A DNA stretch of 64,000 nt from Cirrosporium novae-zelandiae (Eukaryota), in NCBI GenBank assembly GCA_026023565.1, contig JAPETS010000008.1, positions 310,001 to 374,000 of the forward strand. The letters run 5' to 3'. A model generated the notes under the pieces. That model made no database searches and was not told where the DNA came from. It worked only from the letters and a program-made list of their open reading frames with translations. Below, one piece after another: positions 23,729-38,300 of the stretch. The translations under genes and the position numbers were made by a program. The stretch's first letter is position 1. Each line of letters opens with the position of its first letter.

Positions 23729-24430
23729 TCACGAGTTTTTGACGGTCCTTTTCACTCTTTCTAAAAGCACGATGCTCTCTCGTCCCAATTTCCTCTTTCC
23801 ATCTCTCCCTGGCTTTTTCGCCCAGTCCATCAGTCTCCTCTCCTTCTCCCTCTGCACCTGTTTCTCTTGTATCTCTTTCCACCGTTCCTCGCGTGCTTCC
23901 TTTGCCGATTCTAGCGCAGCATTCCGCTCATTAGCTATTTGTTCTTCATGTCGGTAAGGCGCCAGCTTTTGTCGTTTCCATGGAGCCCGATCCGAACCAT
24001 GCTGGTTGGAAAAAACACGCCCGCCAGCAACTTCGCTTGTCTCCTCCTCCACCTCTCCCTCTCCCTCAAGCATAGCCAGCCTCTCCGGATGCATTTCCGT
24101 CCCATGAGCTTCTACCCCCCCCTCCGTCTCTCCCCCATCATCACTGCCGTTATAATTGAAGGCCTTCCTTTCACTATCTCCCAACTCTCTCTCCCTAATC
24201 TTCGCATACCGTTTCTTAACCCTTGCCTTTTCAATTAAGCTTCTCTTAATCTTCTCAACTTTTCGCCGATATGTTCCATCTGGAAGATTTGTGGGACCGA
24301 CTGAAAAACCTTTGCGTGATTTTGATTTTGACGATGTCGTTGTTGATGTAGTGGTGGTAGATATTTGTTTTTTAGACGGATAATGGAGAGGTGAGAAAAA
24401 TGGGGGTGGGGAAGGTTTTTTGGGTGCCAT
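23729..24430 (-). CDS. FYV7: rRNA-processing protein Fyv7-like
   Basis: Single exon with motif KGFSVGP.NLPDGTYRRKV.KIK..LI.KA.VKK.YAK and C-terminal GKRKLGRES..LLERVK. Confidence 0.8.
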   Translation of the reverse strand: MAPKKPSPPPFFSPLHYPSKKQISTTTTSTTTSSKSKSRKGFSVGPTNLPDGTYRRKVEKIKRSLIEKARVKKRYAKIRERELGDSERKAFNYNGSDDGGETEGGVEAHGTEMHPERLAMLEGEGEVEEETSEVAGGRVFSNQHGSDRAPWKRQKLAPYRHEEQIANERNAALESAKEAREERWKEIQEKQVQREKERRLMDWAKKPGRDGKRKLGRESIVLLERVKRTVKNS

Positions 24431-25339
24431 GTTCGTAGGTTATAGTTTGTAGTTGGAGTTTTCTTAGTTTTTGAGTAGAAATGGTAGCTGGATTAAATAG
24501 ATACACGGATCGGGAATGTGATAGGTAAAAATCTAGATATCTAGTCTAATTATGGTTTTGACGTTGAAGGTTTTGTTTGACTGGTTTGCACTAAGCTACT
24601 TTATTGATATGAAGCTCCCATTAATTAGTCTAGGAAGCTGAACTTTTCTCTAGAGAGAATGAAAGCAACCAGACCTAAACGAGTTCTTCCCGTTATACTT
24701 TGGTGAGGTCTCAAACGAAATCACATCATAATTTAAATAAAAATTAAATAAAATCTGATTTCAGCCTTTCAGGATTTAGGGAGGCCTTCAGGCAAAATCG
24801 AGTTATATATAGGTAGATAGTTGTATGGTAAAGGCCTTATTGAGGGAAGAAAATATAATTAAGTCTGGTATAAAGTGGGAAGAAAGAAGAGCGAGAATGT
24901 GGGATGAGGTTTTCGAACTAATGGATGGGCACTGCATAATATTATATACTTAGAATATTTTTATTATCCAATGAAGAGCTGATGAATGGGAAAGGGGATG
25001 TTGCATGATAGATAGATCGATGCTTGCGCTAAGCAAACTGGTATGACGATGTATCTGATAGTGGAATTGAGAACCTTCTTTAGAGATAAGTAAGGGGGTT
25101 GAGATTTTTGAGACCTCCCTACGATATCAAAGTCGTTTGACCTTTTAGCCAGCCATACTAACCACAAATTTTCATGTCAATTTGTAAATGATGACTGCGC
25201 CGGTGTATCTACCTCCTTCGAGAAGCATGGACTATTTACCCAACCTGTATGTATAATAATGCCTGGCCGTACTCATCAGATCTCCGCAAGTTATCTCTGC
25301 ATTTGCAATGGTTCAACCGACCATTCTTTTAACCCATTT

Positions 25340-27766
25340 TCATTCTATCCCCCAACGATCGTCATCGTCTGCGACATCGTAATCAACTTCAGCTGGTACT
25401 CCTGCTTTCCGTGTCCCATTTCCGACATCTCCGTCATCTGCCATGGAAAGATCTCCTTCTTTATCCTCCTCGTTTAAAGGTGCGCTGATTGACGGCAATG
25501 GTTTGCTCACCCACGTATATTTTATTTCACCGATATTCGGGATGTTCAATTTCTCCTTCATGATCTCATCAATCAGCTTTTCGGCTGTCCATCGGTCTTT
25601 GAAGGCGACAATTCGCGAATCTGGTCGCTCCGGATTCGGCTCGATGGTTGCAAATTCATCAATGGCCTATGGAAAAAATTAGCCCCCTATACTGAGTTAA
25701 AGCATAAACTAAACATACCACAATGAATTCTTTGAGCGCAACCTCCTTTGCAGTGTCAAATTCAACCCCATTGATGGCAACGCTCTTTGGTCGATTATCT
25801 AACCTACGAACTCCCATACCGATTGGTGCGGTCCTCCCACGGAAACCACCTCGGCCGCGAGGGAGAAAATTAGCTCGGCTGCGGTAGAGGCCTCTTCCTC
25901 TTCCTCGCCCTCGGGAAGAAAATGTTTCTACTGGTGCATTAGGATCAATACCGAGACTCTTGGCCTCTGCCTCGAGCGCTGCTAGCTGTGCTCGAAGGGC
26001 TTGCGTCTGTGCTGTGGGCTTGCTGTTGTTGGTGTCATTCGCATTATCTGATTCCGACATCCCTACATCTAGCGATGCTGTACCACCGTTGCGTTCTGCA
26101 AGCTTCTCCATTAACTTCGCTTTCTCTTCTTGTTGTTTCTTCAAGAGCTCATTTCGTTTTTTCTCTAGTGCAGCCTTGGCCTCTTCATTTGCCTTCTTCT
26201 TTTTCATCTTCTCTTCGTGGATTCGCTGCGCCTCGGCCTGCTGTTTTTCGAATTCTTCCTTGTCAAAGGGCATCTGGTCCTTCTTGTCTGTCGTGGTTGA
26301 AGGGGACCCCGACTTTCTAGCGCCATTAGTATTTGAAGATTGCCCATCTGGTTTATACCAATAGACTTTAACAAATCGGTTGTCGAATATGGCCTTCGGA
26401 CTGTTATATGCCCTTTTGGCAGCCACATAATCTTCGAACCTAACCAAAGCAAGGCGTTTATATGGTTGCATCGAGACTTCTGTGATATTTCCAAACTCGG
26501 CAAAAAACTCCCGAACATGTTGCTCATCAAATTTATCTTCAGGTATTTGTTCGACAACAACGGTAGTAATACTTTGGTCGTGATTTGGTCCAGTTTGCGA
26601 GAAGTCTGCTCGAGTTCGACGATTCAATCCTCCACCATGGTCTCCACGTCCTCTTCCTCTTCCTCGACCCCTCTCATTGCCATCTCGGGGCTCTCTGTTC
26701 GAGCTGCCATCCGCGGAATTTGATGACTTTCTAACGTCCATGACTAGATTCGCAGTTGCAGGGTCATATTCTGTCAGTAATTATTAGCCAAGTATTCAGA
26801 ATTCGCAAATGTATTACGGTGTTTACCGTCAGGTGCATGTTCGTAGGGACATAGGGGAATCCTTGCACAGAATCCCATTGTATCATAATCATGACACCTT
26901 TGCTTCGGTCGAGCTCCAGGCATATTTGCTCCGCTAGGAGGGAAGTTTGGCGAAGCGTTGGATTGAGGGTATGGAGACATTCCGGGAAGGGGTGGCGGCG
27001 GGAAACCCATCGCCTGCATAGCTAAAACCGCAGCTACTGGGTCGTTTGGGTCGAAAGGAAGACCTGATCGAGGTTGATGCATGCCTGGATGGAAGCTATT
27101 GTGCTGTGTATTGCTATAACTTGAAGCATCGGGCATAGCTCCAAATTGTCGGCCTCCTCGGCTACCAAAGAAGTCACCTCTCCCACCTCTACCTTTTCGC
27201 ATTTGTTTGTTTGAGCGCTCGCCGCGGTTGTAATGCGAGTCCTGGTAACCACCACCTTCATCGCGGTCATTGTAAGACCGTTTGCGACCAATGCCGATTG
27301 TAGAAGCCATCACATTGTTGGCATCCCCGTTAGGAACAGAGGACAGTGGCAGTGGGGGAACAGCTGGTTTCTCTGAGGAAGCTTGTTGTGATTGAGGTTT
27401 TGAACCGAATGTGTTGAAGATTTCATTCACAAAAATTTCCGTATCTGTCAGTTTAAAGGGTAAGCGAAGTTATTCAAATCTGAGAATCGACTATGGAAGC
27501 ATACTATCCCCTAGAAAGTCTTGAAGGTTTTCTATCGTAATCTTTTTGGTCTGCTCTTCAGACTGGATCGAAACAGAAGAATCTGGTGAGGGAAGGACTA
27601 GGGCAAGAACAAGATCGGCCAGAACATCTGAGTCGGCATCTGAACTAATATCGGATCATGTTAGAATGAATATTTGAGTACATTAACAGGCGCATCTTTA
27701 CATGTTCTCTAGCTTCTTGATCACCCATGTTTTCAGTTCTGCGGTTTGTTCTTCGTTGAGATTCAT
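25340..27766 (-). CDS. PWI + CCCH zinc finger + RRM RNA-binding protein (RBM26/RBM27-like), multi-exon
   Basis: N-terminal LKTWVIKKLENISDADSDVLADLVLAL (PWI-like), RCHDYDTMGFCARIPLCPYEH (CCCH), TTVVVEQIPE...FGNI...KAIFDNRFVKVYW (RRM), coiled coil, RGG repeats, LDNRPK and a second RRM. Confidence 0.9.
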
Positions 27767-28491
27767 GGTCAAAGATTTCAGATGATATAGCTGGAGGCGG
27801 TGTTCAAGAAAAAGGGATTGAAAGTATTTATTTAGAGACGTAGTGAATGATGCCTGAGAAGGCGTCTTGTGAGTGTGAATCGCTTCTTCAGAGTAATACG
27901 ATACTTAGGATCATATTTCTTGAGATGCTTTTGACTCTGGTCGCAAAGCTGGAGAATGCTTAATACCAGCAAATATTAACACTACAGATGCTGGGTACAA
28001 TTCACTGATCGCATTATCGGCCGGCTACACATGCCCTGCCGCATCGCTTAATCTTACTACTTGCCGCCAAGTCAAAGTTTCCCCCAAGCCCCAAACTTGT
28101 TGAACCATGACCCGGGAATTTACAACTGATTACACTGTACCAAAAGGCTTGTGGTTCCTACAACCTAAGCCATGCATAGTTAGCATGAATGCTTGGGTTA
28201 CAGATTTGTCGGATATTATTTTTTTATTTTTTAGACTTGAAGCTCTAGAATTTCACTAGAAACATTCAAACCAGTTGAACCGAAAACATATCAAGCAAAT
28301 GTATGACAAAAGAAAATTCATTCAACTTCTTTCCGATCGTAGAAATAATGCCATGAAGCCTTTCAGAGTCTCATATCACATGGGTGGCATAAAACAAGCA
28401 GTTCTAAAGGGGAGAAGTCTATCCCATGATAGCCTTCCAGAAATTCCTACAGCTGGAAACGGAATCATTTTGAGCCCACCACGATGATCTC

Positions 28492-31186
28492 TTATAGCTT
28501 GTCGTAGTAATTGGAAATATCTGGCACCTATTGATAGTATTAGCCAGCTGTTTCGTCATAAGCCAGTAGGGATCACCTACTTGTTCCTTGATTCCCTTTC
28601 TCTTCCGCATTTCCATAACAACCTTTCCAGACAAACTAGCGGGGTCGAGAGGCGAACCACCAGGTAGAATCTGCCAATGGTCAAAGACAGACTGGGGGAA
28701 GGCTTGGCCACCTGTGTGCGATCGGAGATCGGCAGTGAATCCGAAAGACTCCTTGACGGGCAAGTAAGCCTTGACGTTGAAGAGAGGAGTGCCAGGTCGT
28801 TGCTCCTCGGAGAAGACGTGACCTCTTCTTCGAGTAAGGACACCATAGATGCCACCCATGGCTTGTTCTGGGACTTGGATTTCGACCAAGAAGACCGGCT
28901 CAAGAAGACCGGGATCAGCGAGAAGAGTAGCAGCATAGAGCACACGACGTGCAGTTGGGATAATTTGCCCGCCTCCACGATGGATAGCATCAGCGTGAAG
29001 AGTCACATCCATGATGTTGAAACGAACAGACCTCATGGGCTCCTCAGCAATTGGACCCTCACGGGTTGCCCACTGGAAACCGGAGACTACAGAATCCTTG
29101 ATTTCATTGAGATATTGAACAGCCTTGGTCTGGTCCACAAGCAGATTAGCACCAGTGGTATCAGGGCCAAAGCACCAAATTTTTCGGGCATCTGTAACAT
29201 CCCAGCCATGCTCGTCGGCCAAAATACGGGCACGAGCCTTGAAATCGTCTCTGGGGCCAATCTTGCCTTGCTCGATGTCATTGGAAACTTCTTCTCCAAG
29301 TGGGGTTGCAGTGACATAGAGACGGTTGTGCTTGTTGGGGGACTTGGATAGTGCTGTCATACTAGAGTCACCGCCGACAGTTTCTCTGTACTGAACAACA
29401 GGGTCGGAAAAGCGGAGAGGAACGCCGGCATGATCTTCCTCAAGATCCTTCAAGCAAATTTCAAGATGAAGCTCACCAGCACCAGCAACGACGTGCTCAC
29501 CAGACGGGGAAATAAAGGTTAAGACACATGGATCAGACTTGGAAAGACGCTTTAGGCCTTCCACAAGCTTAGGTAGATCATTAGCGTTCTTCACTTCAAC
29601 GGAACGCTGGACGACAGGGGAAACAGAGAATTTCATGACCCTTAGGTTGTGGGCAGTATCACTAGTAGTAAGAGTTCCAGATTTGAGTAAGAACTGATCA
29701 ACACCAACCAAACCAACAATGTTACCGGCAGGGACATCCTCAATGGGTTCAATGAAACGACCCATCATGAGAATAGTGCGCTGAATGGCTTTGATAAAAA
29801 GGTCTTCCTTCTTTCCAGGAGTGTAGTTGGGACCCTGGATACGGACCTTGAGACCTGAGCGAACGGTACCAGCAAAGACACGACCGAAAGCATAGAATCT
29901 ACCCTTGTCGGAAGTCGGCACCATTTTGGAGACGTACAACATCAAAGGAGCCTTGGGGTCACAGTCACGGATACCAATGCAAGCCTCATCATCGGGAGGG
30001 CCTTCATACAGGGTCTCAGCGCGGTACTTCTGAGCTGTGACTGGTGACGGAAGATGAATAACCATCATCTCCAAAAGAGCATCGGCAGCGGGTAAGAATT
30101 TCCTCATCACGACCTTGAGAAGCTGTTTGCCTTCAAGATCCCTCTCCTCGACGGTGAGTTTGATTTCAAGTTTTTCAAGAAGAGTAGGAATTTCGTCCTT
30201 TTTGAAGTTCATAACAGCGGTGAAAATCCGGAAGATAGGATCTAAGATAAACTGATTGAATGCACGCTCTAACTTTTTACCGTCATGGTCACCAGTCTTG
30301 GTCCACTTCTTGGTCTTGGGGTTGAAATAGTTGTCGCCCTAGAAAATATTAGCTTACGGCCTTTGATAAAAACTGTGACTGATGCTTACCCAAAGACGCT
30401 CCATCATCTTGTTCTTATTGACACCGAACTTCTTTGCATATCGAGAAGAAAACTGGCGGACTGTAAAAGCCCAGCCGTGAAGACCGGAGCCGAAAGCAAC
30501 AGTTCCCTTATCTGGGTAAACTTGGACATCACCAAGAGCCTTGTCAAAGTAAGTGGCAATGATGACGTTAACAGACTCAATAGTTCTTGAGAATGATTGA
30601 TAAAGATCTTCTTTCGAAACCTGGAGTTCTAGAAGAGCACGATCAACCTTGTTGACAATGACAACAGGCTTAATACGTTCACTAAGAGCCTGTCGGAGCA
30701 CAGTCTCGGTTTGTACACAAACACCCTCAACACAGTCAACGACAACGAGAGCACCGTCGGTGACACGGAGGGCGGCAGTAACTTCAGAAGAAAAATCAAC
30801 GTGACCTGGTGAATCGATCAAGTTGATCAAGAACTCGTTGCCATCGACCTTCTGAGGAATTTCTTTGAGATCTTCCTCGTCTACCAAATGTGCGTACAAG
30901 GAAATAGCTGTAGACTTGATGGTAATACATCGATCTTGTTCATCCTGACGAGTATCTGTAAACCGCGCTTCTCCAGCTTTCGCGGCTGAGATAATACCAG
31001 CACGCTGAACAAGAGAATCGGTCAGGGTGGACTTCCCGTGGTCGACTGTGGGGAATTAATATTAATTACATTGTAGAAATGGAATCCTGCAAGGATCGAC
31101 TTACCATGCGCAATAACGGACATATTCCGGATATTGGCAGCCTTGTCCATAAGGGCTCGGATCTCGTCAACTGTGAAATTGACCAT
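28492..31186 (-). CDS. EFT2: Translation elongation factor 2 (eEF2), 4 exons
   Basis: Exons 31186-31105, 31045-30390, 30338-28581 and 28527-28492. Motifs [39 protein letters not shown], diphthamide loop [16 protein letters not shown]-terminus NYYDKL. Confidence 0.99.
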
Positions 31187-32366
31187 CTTGACGGTATTGA
31201 GGCTGAAAAGGCCTTAGAGGCAGGTGGGTGAAAAATCGACAACGGTTGAGAGCTCGCTCAACCTGTTCAGAAAAAAGAACAGAGGAGATGGGGAATGGGG
31301 ATCCAAAGAGAGTCTTTGGAAATATCTCCAATTCAGCGAAGGAGTTGTTGCACCGAAGAGGGTCAAGAAATGGAGGAAAAATAAGATGAAGATATGGCGA
31401 GGGGGATTTGTAATGTGGGGCAGAGAGAGCAGGATTTTGCCTTAACTAAGTAGTGGGGTTCAAGCCCTTCTTTTAATACGACAGCGGCACCTCTCCATCA
31501 ATAGTCTAATAAGAATCAAAGAGTCACCCCATTTAATACTTTACTTTACTTTCTTTCTACAAGTAATTCCTCTTCAAATTACTCATTTGCTATGACATGT
31601 CAATCCTGACTCTTCTCATGTTGTGATTATTTAGCTTTCAGCTTTTGGCCCCTCGGCCCTCGTTAAACGTACATGTAGTGAATTGAATAATGAATACACA
31701 GCTCTTGAAACCCCTCATTGTACCGTTAGTTACATATGGGTCATACTATGGACGGTAGGTAATAGTGATGGAAAGTAACACCCCACCTTGTCGTAATCTG
31801 ATTAGTGTCATCTCTTATCCTGTAGCTTGAGTCATACCATTCCCTTTCCGGAAAAACTTTCAGTCGAGTTTTTTCTACTCAAACACTGAACCAACCAAGA
31901 CTCTAATAACATCTCAGGAACGGGTCTCTACATCATTTGAAATGTGATGGCTACTCTAAACCCGGTGGACCGAGTACTTAGCTGAGACTATGGCAAAAAC
32001 ATCTCTTTTTTTTTATTGAAATTATGAAGATGAACTGCAGGCAAGATTCTAGTCACTCGCCCGAAACTCAACCAACCTATTGAACACAATTTGAATTATG
32101 ACTCTTGATTATTCATTATTCATGATCGATTATTACTTTCGTTATCCAACTCCCTAAAAAAGAGTTTACCAATATTACCTTGACTCTGCCCAGGCGGAAA
32201 GTTGCCTTGGTCTTTTTAATAGAAACAGAGAGGAAACACTCTGGGTATATCCAATATTTAACGCCGACGCTATGCTTATTTTTTCTTCTTCAATTATTTA
32301 CGGGCTCAGCTTTAATCACCGAATATCAAGGGCTTCGGTCCCCCTCGGATATTTAATGATCAATGA

Positions 32367-35300
32367 CTAGGTAGATCCCAAGATCTTCAGATAGGCATCC
32401 TCAACTTCTTTAGCAAGTCCCAAGAGTGTGACGATGAGAAGTTGGTGAGTGATATTTGGTAGTCTGTCTCTGTGAAGCCCAATCCATTCTAATGGAGGGG
32501 TGGCTTCACCCATGTCCCGTAACTGCGGTGTATCAATGGTGGGCTGCTCCATGGCCGTATACTCAAATTTGGACTGAGGAACATTGACAACGGCTGTGAT
32601 TTTCTCCTGATCTCCTTTACCCTCCTCTTTTTTCGATCCCTCCGGTCGAGGTCCGCCAGTAATTTGAACTGCGGATCGTGGAAGAGGTTTTCCTAGCCGT
32701 TGTGCCAGGGTCTCAGTGTGCTTCATCCACATGCTGCGAATAAAACTAATGCGCGCGTAGTTCCATCCCACATCAACCTTTCCTTCGAACGAACTCTTGA
32801 AGATGTAGTCGATATTGTTGGATCCTACGGCTTGCCACGTTTGCATTTTAGCAATAACTTTCGGTACCTTAAGTATTGTCCCACCGCGCGAACCAATTAC
32901 ATTAGTTGCAACCTCGTCTACTGAGACTTCCCCAAGAGCTTTTGGAACATTGGGGCGATGGACGCCAGAAAGAGCCACGCGTAGCTGGCCTAGCGTCAAC
33001 CCTAGTCCACTGTGAACCTTTCCACCTTCAAGAACAACCGCAAATCGAGCTTGGGTATCAGAGGCTTCGATCTTAAATACTTGATTATCGAAGAAGGTGC
33101 CAGGAAAGGCTCCGGCGTGAATGCTTTTAAGTGTAACAACAACATCAGTCTGGAGCGAAATGGGTATTTCCACTTGATCTTCGGGTTTCTTTGGTGATTC
33201 TGTCGAAGCTCCTTGTCCAAAAGACTGGCTGCGAGCTGATTTTCGTCGTAAGAACTTTTCGATATCCCGTAGTGATGACCTGAACGCCTCTTGTTTTTCC
33301 TGTCCAAGACGCGATAAAGCCTGCATAAGTGCCAATGCCTCCGATGCACTTGTAGATGTGCAAAAGACTTGGACACTGTTTCCATCTAGGATACCTACTA
33401 ACCGATCTCCTTGAAGCTCTTCACGAACATTATACATCAGGATTTCGAAGGTAGAAATATTGCAGATTAGGAAGGCTTGGTAATCGAAAGCAGCTTTCAC
33501 TTGCAATGCGTCAAACCCAATTGATGCTTGGACTAGAGGTGTTTGATATGATTCCATGTCTTTTGAAGGCCACCGAATGGACCCGCGAACGCGAAATTGT
33601 TGCAAGTTGACAAAACCACTCATTCGTCCCGCGCTTTCAATGCCTATCCTGTCAAAGCCTATGCAAAGATTTTGCTCCCAGTTTGAAGTCTTCTTTGAAG
33701 ACACCCAAAAGTTAGAGACTACAAGTGTTGGCTTTCCTAATGCTTGTCCAAGGTCTATACAAATATCTAGTTCTTCAATTGCAATGGTGGCGTTCCAAGG
33801 GAATGCCCCAGCATTGGCAACCTGTTGATATTTTTGAACCATAATCGTTCGAGAACCAGATTCTGTGCCTTGCGTGTTCGTAGTGTTGGTCTGAACGCTT
33901 GGAGGGAACCAGATCTCACGGAACAGTAGAAAATCCTGGAGTTGTTTTGCATTGACTTCAGTTTTCATTGGGCTGACCTTAATTATTGCAGAAAGACCAT
34001 TTACTCCGCTAACATGCCTACTATTCATGAACGAAAGCACGATCGATTGAACATCAAAGCTCGCGGTGGATTCACGTGAATAGACATGTTGCACAGAAGC
34101 TTGCAAATTGGTGATAGTGGAAGAGATAGCAAAAAAGCGATTTTGCTCCACAGACTGGACAGTGTTGATTGTGAAATATATGTCTTCAAAACAGGCAGTC
34201 GCAGCAACACGAGCGATGGGTTGGCAGCTGAGACTGAATTCTTGTCGACAAATTCGTAATCCTATATTAAGTCGACATTGGCCTAGGATCACGCTTGGGT
34301 CTCCGCTCCGTAGTGACTTTTCGTCGAGAAATTTCTCTTGAGCTGGTTTAAGTTTTTCTGCGGTCGTGGGCTCTCCGCTCTTCCCTACTACCTCTTTGAT
34401 GCTGGAAGATATCTCGAGGATAAGAGGCACCACAGTAGGGTAGAGAATATTTGAAGAAGCATCAACCTTTATGTCTGCATTCAATGACGGCTCTCCAACC
34501 CCAAAATCCTTGTATCCAATTTTCACAGCAACACCGGGAGAACGTAGAGTTGTATTGCTCCCTGTATCTCCGAAATAAAATTGGCCATAACGTCCATGTG
34601 ATGAGTGACGACTATCAGAGAACGCGGACCGTGATTGGTTATTGTCATTTGCATTAGCACTTTGTATATAAACAACAGCACCTGCAAAATCTGTATCAAT
34701 GAGCAGAGATGAGAGCTTCTTTTTGCCAAACAAGTTCCGCTTTACAGAAACATCCTCCGAGGTATCCTGAGTGGGTTTTGCGGCCCACGCAGCAGTTGCT
34801 TCTCTAAGCTTTGTGCTTGCTGTGGCAATAGAGCTCTGGAGCATACTCGCAGGGATGATAATATCGGACGTAATACGAAGGTCCAACGACTTTGCGGCGG
34901 CTTGGAATGCAATCCTCCAATCTCTTTTAGTAGAGAGATAAGCAACATTGAAGATGACTTCAGGGAGAAGAGCTGAATTTAATGACCGCTGCACCTTCTT
35001 CTGGTCAGAAGGAACCATTTGTAGTTGCAAGTCCTGGATCATAAGGCGGGCTGCGTTCTCCTTTCGTGTGGCCAGATCAATTTTCTTACAAGAAAAAACA
35101 AGATCTTCGGCTATTCGACCAGAAGTAGTAGCTATTGAGTGACCGACAATCCAGCTAATCTGTATATTGCGTAGCTGTAGTGAATACATGGAATTGAAGA
35201 GACTTTGTGGTGGCTGCTCCTCGGCTGTTTCCTGGGAAGCATCATCATCGTGTTCTTCAGGGAAAAACGTAATGTGGGCTTTTGTAAGCCGACGCAGTTT

Positions 35301-38300
35301 TCGTAGATGCCTCACCTCCCTTGAGAGATCAAGTTCTTTCATTTTGCTTTGTAGTTCACCAAGCACATCAACAATTAGAGGTGCTGTTTCGGCGAACATG
35401 TTTAGTTCCAAACTATCACTCTCTATCTCATAAGCACGAACAAGATTGTGAGACTCGTTGTATTTAGAAGTACAGCTCAAGTATGCACCAAAATGGAGAT
35501 TTCCACAAGGCCGAGTTTGTGTTCTATCGGACTGAGATAAGGCAAAAACGATCTGATGGAGATGTAGACTTATTTCCGGATACTTCAAAACAAGAGCTTG
35601 TTCAAGCCTGTTAGTGGCCCGAATCTGAACTGATCCAAAGTTGAAGTCTACTGTGGTCGATGAGTCGTCTTTTCCATGAGTTGTAGCATGCACACCTAAA
35701 CCTGCCATGGCAACATGAGCATAATAGACAAGTGTTGATTTTGTTTCAGTTAGTTGCGGCTGGGGGCTAGAGCCGAATATTTTGGTAACCTCTTTCTGAA
35801 TAGATTTTCCAGCTCGACGGATGTCCTTGATCACTGCAGACACTTCAGGTCTGTTTACTGTCGTCAAAACTCCGTGTACAGCAGCAGCATCCAGCATAAT
35901 ACTTTCAAATGTTGTTGAGATATTCAACACAGTTTCTTCCGCTCGCCTAGTAACAATAATACGGCCATTAATTGGGGGCATTTCCAAGAGAGATATGTTC
36001 TGAATATCCTGGAGACTTCGGCTTTCGAATCCATGAGTCTGTTCGTGAATATCAAAATCTATGGCATGGCTAGAGGCCTTTAAAGGGGCAATAGATGTTC
36101 GCACCGCTGTACCGGATATCACATAACTCAATGATTGGAAAAGCGCAATATTGAAGGTATAAGCATCTAGAAACAATGCAACCGTAAATTTGTGATGTCT
36201 GGGGCTAACAAATGTAGATGAGCAAGTCGTTGGTGTTGATGAACCATCTTGGTTGGAATTAGCCAAGACTAAACGATGAATATGCCGAACCTCATCCACA
36301 ACCACACCATTAGCGATTTCGAGAAGGGTTAGTATATCTTCGGTTACGTCAACTGACAATCTTTGAGTAGCTCCCGCAACTTTCCAGAGATTCAGTCGCG
36401 CCGGCTCCATGTCTTCAACTATTCGCGATATTGATATACTTGGCCGATCAACTTGTGAGAATACCAACGACTGTGAATGATTGAGAGCCTCGATAGACGC
36501 CGTTTCCGCACTGAGCAAAACGGACAGGAAGGGAGGTTCGCTCAGGTCTTCCCTCTTTTTCTGGATTACTGAGCCTTTCAAGCCTTCGCCCAATCCCACC
36601 AATTCCAAATGAATGCCATCTAGGGTCAATGTACCTGTGTCTACACCAAAGACAACATGTAATTGTTCGTAGGAAGTTGTGGTAGACGAGGTGGACTCTG
36701 CAATGGAAATTAAAGATGATGTGCGCTTCTCATCTGAATGATATAACTTGAGCATTTCCTCTGCAAGTTCGCATAACTCCCAGTTTAGCCGTACTGTAAC
36801 GTCATCGCTGAACACATAGGCGTTTACAGTAGTTGTCTGTGTGTTGCTAACAGTCGGTGTCCCATCTCCGGATTCAGCTAATGCATTTATGGCACATCCG
36901 CAGGAGAGCCCATCAACTATAATTTCGTTTTGGTTTGGCCCTGGATCTAAGATTATCTTTGCTGTTCCAAGCACTGCCGTTGTTTGAATTGGTTTTGTTG
37001 TGTTGGGACTCGTCTCATCGGCTTGTTGGATCATTGAACCCCATATCTTCTGCATCACGTAGCTAGTTTGTACATGTGCTAAGTCCCAGCTCCTCCATGC
37101 ATCGAAACCGTCTATCACACAAGACTTGCCATCAGGTGGGCATGTATTCTTCTTTTTCTCGCACTGGTCTATGAGCTGCTCTTTCTGTTCAGGCGAAAGC
37201 ATTTCGTATATATAACGGAATCTAGCGACAATTTTCCAGGAATCATGACTTCGCAAATGACGATCAGCAGCCCTCAGGAGGCCGGAGTGTCTAGTCAGAA
37301 ACGGAGGGTCTGAGATGTTACCGCCAGCCATTGTGAGATAATATGCCAGACTTCGTAGCCGTTCGTTTTGTGACAATGTCACATTTTTAAATTCCGCAGT
37401 CAATGAGTCCACCAGCTCATAAATTCGAAAACCCAGTGTAGCTAGATATGCTACAGCATTGCTAGAAGTAACTATTTCGATAGCTTTCACCTTAACATCT
37501 CCAGTGGTAGTAGAGCTAGAGACCAACCAGAATGCAGCCTCGCGTATGTCCCCACGTACGGCCATCTTCTCATTGGAACTTTGGGAAAACTGTTCCTGGG
37601 CCGCAATTGTCACATTTCCAATTGACACATGAAAAGCTTCTCGAGATTGACGTTCTGTTTCAGAGGATACATCGCTATCGTTTCCAAAACGAGCGGACAC
37701 GGTCGCTTTGTTGAGAGAAAGATCGTATTGATCCCTGTGTACATTTGCCACGGGGCCATAATGGTTCTCATAAGGATCCATGAACCGGAGGCATATGATG
37801 GGAATACTGATATTGAAGTCCAATGTTTGACCATCACCAGTCTTTAATTTCTCTTCCTTTTCAATCTCTGAAATAGAATCAATTTGGAGCTTATCTAGGA
37901 GGGCGGCAGGGTGTGGTGGCTGGACCACATCAAGGAGTTGGGATATGGTATAGATCAGTCGAGGGCTAGCGAACCCACGAAGTCCGGGTTGAAGGTCGAT
38001 AACAAAACTCTTGTGAATGACATCTTCTTCCGGTGATTGAACAACGGAACCTTGTAGAGCAGTGTCGGGTAGGTTGAATAAGGATGATGGGTCGTTGGTT
38101 GAATAGAAATTTGGTGCTTCCTCTGGGTCTGGTTGAACCCCTTGTAGGGGAAAGTAAGGTGAAGACCAGGAGCTAGAAAACCCCATCATTAGGGAGGAAG
38201 GTAGCATACCTGCCTCATCCCCTAATTGTGACGATATAAAGGAGGTAGCATGACTTCTCGAGGACACTGGCCGTCTTAACTCTGGGCTTGAACGAGCCCC

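Noticed and set aside
28677..29351. 224-aa antisense ORF within EF-2, and similar antisense ORFs in other genes
   Set aside because: An expected shadow of strong codon bias on the coding strand.
28492..31186. EF-2 as a self-resistance copy (sordarin-type)
   Set aside because: Canonical-looking sequence embedded among housekeeping genes, with no biosynthetic core gene nearby.
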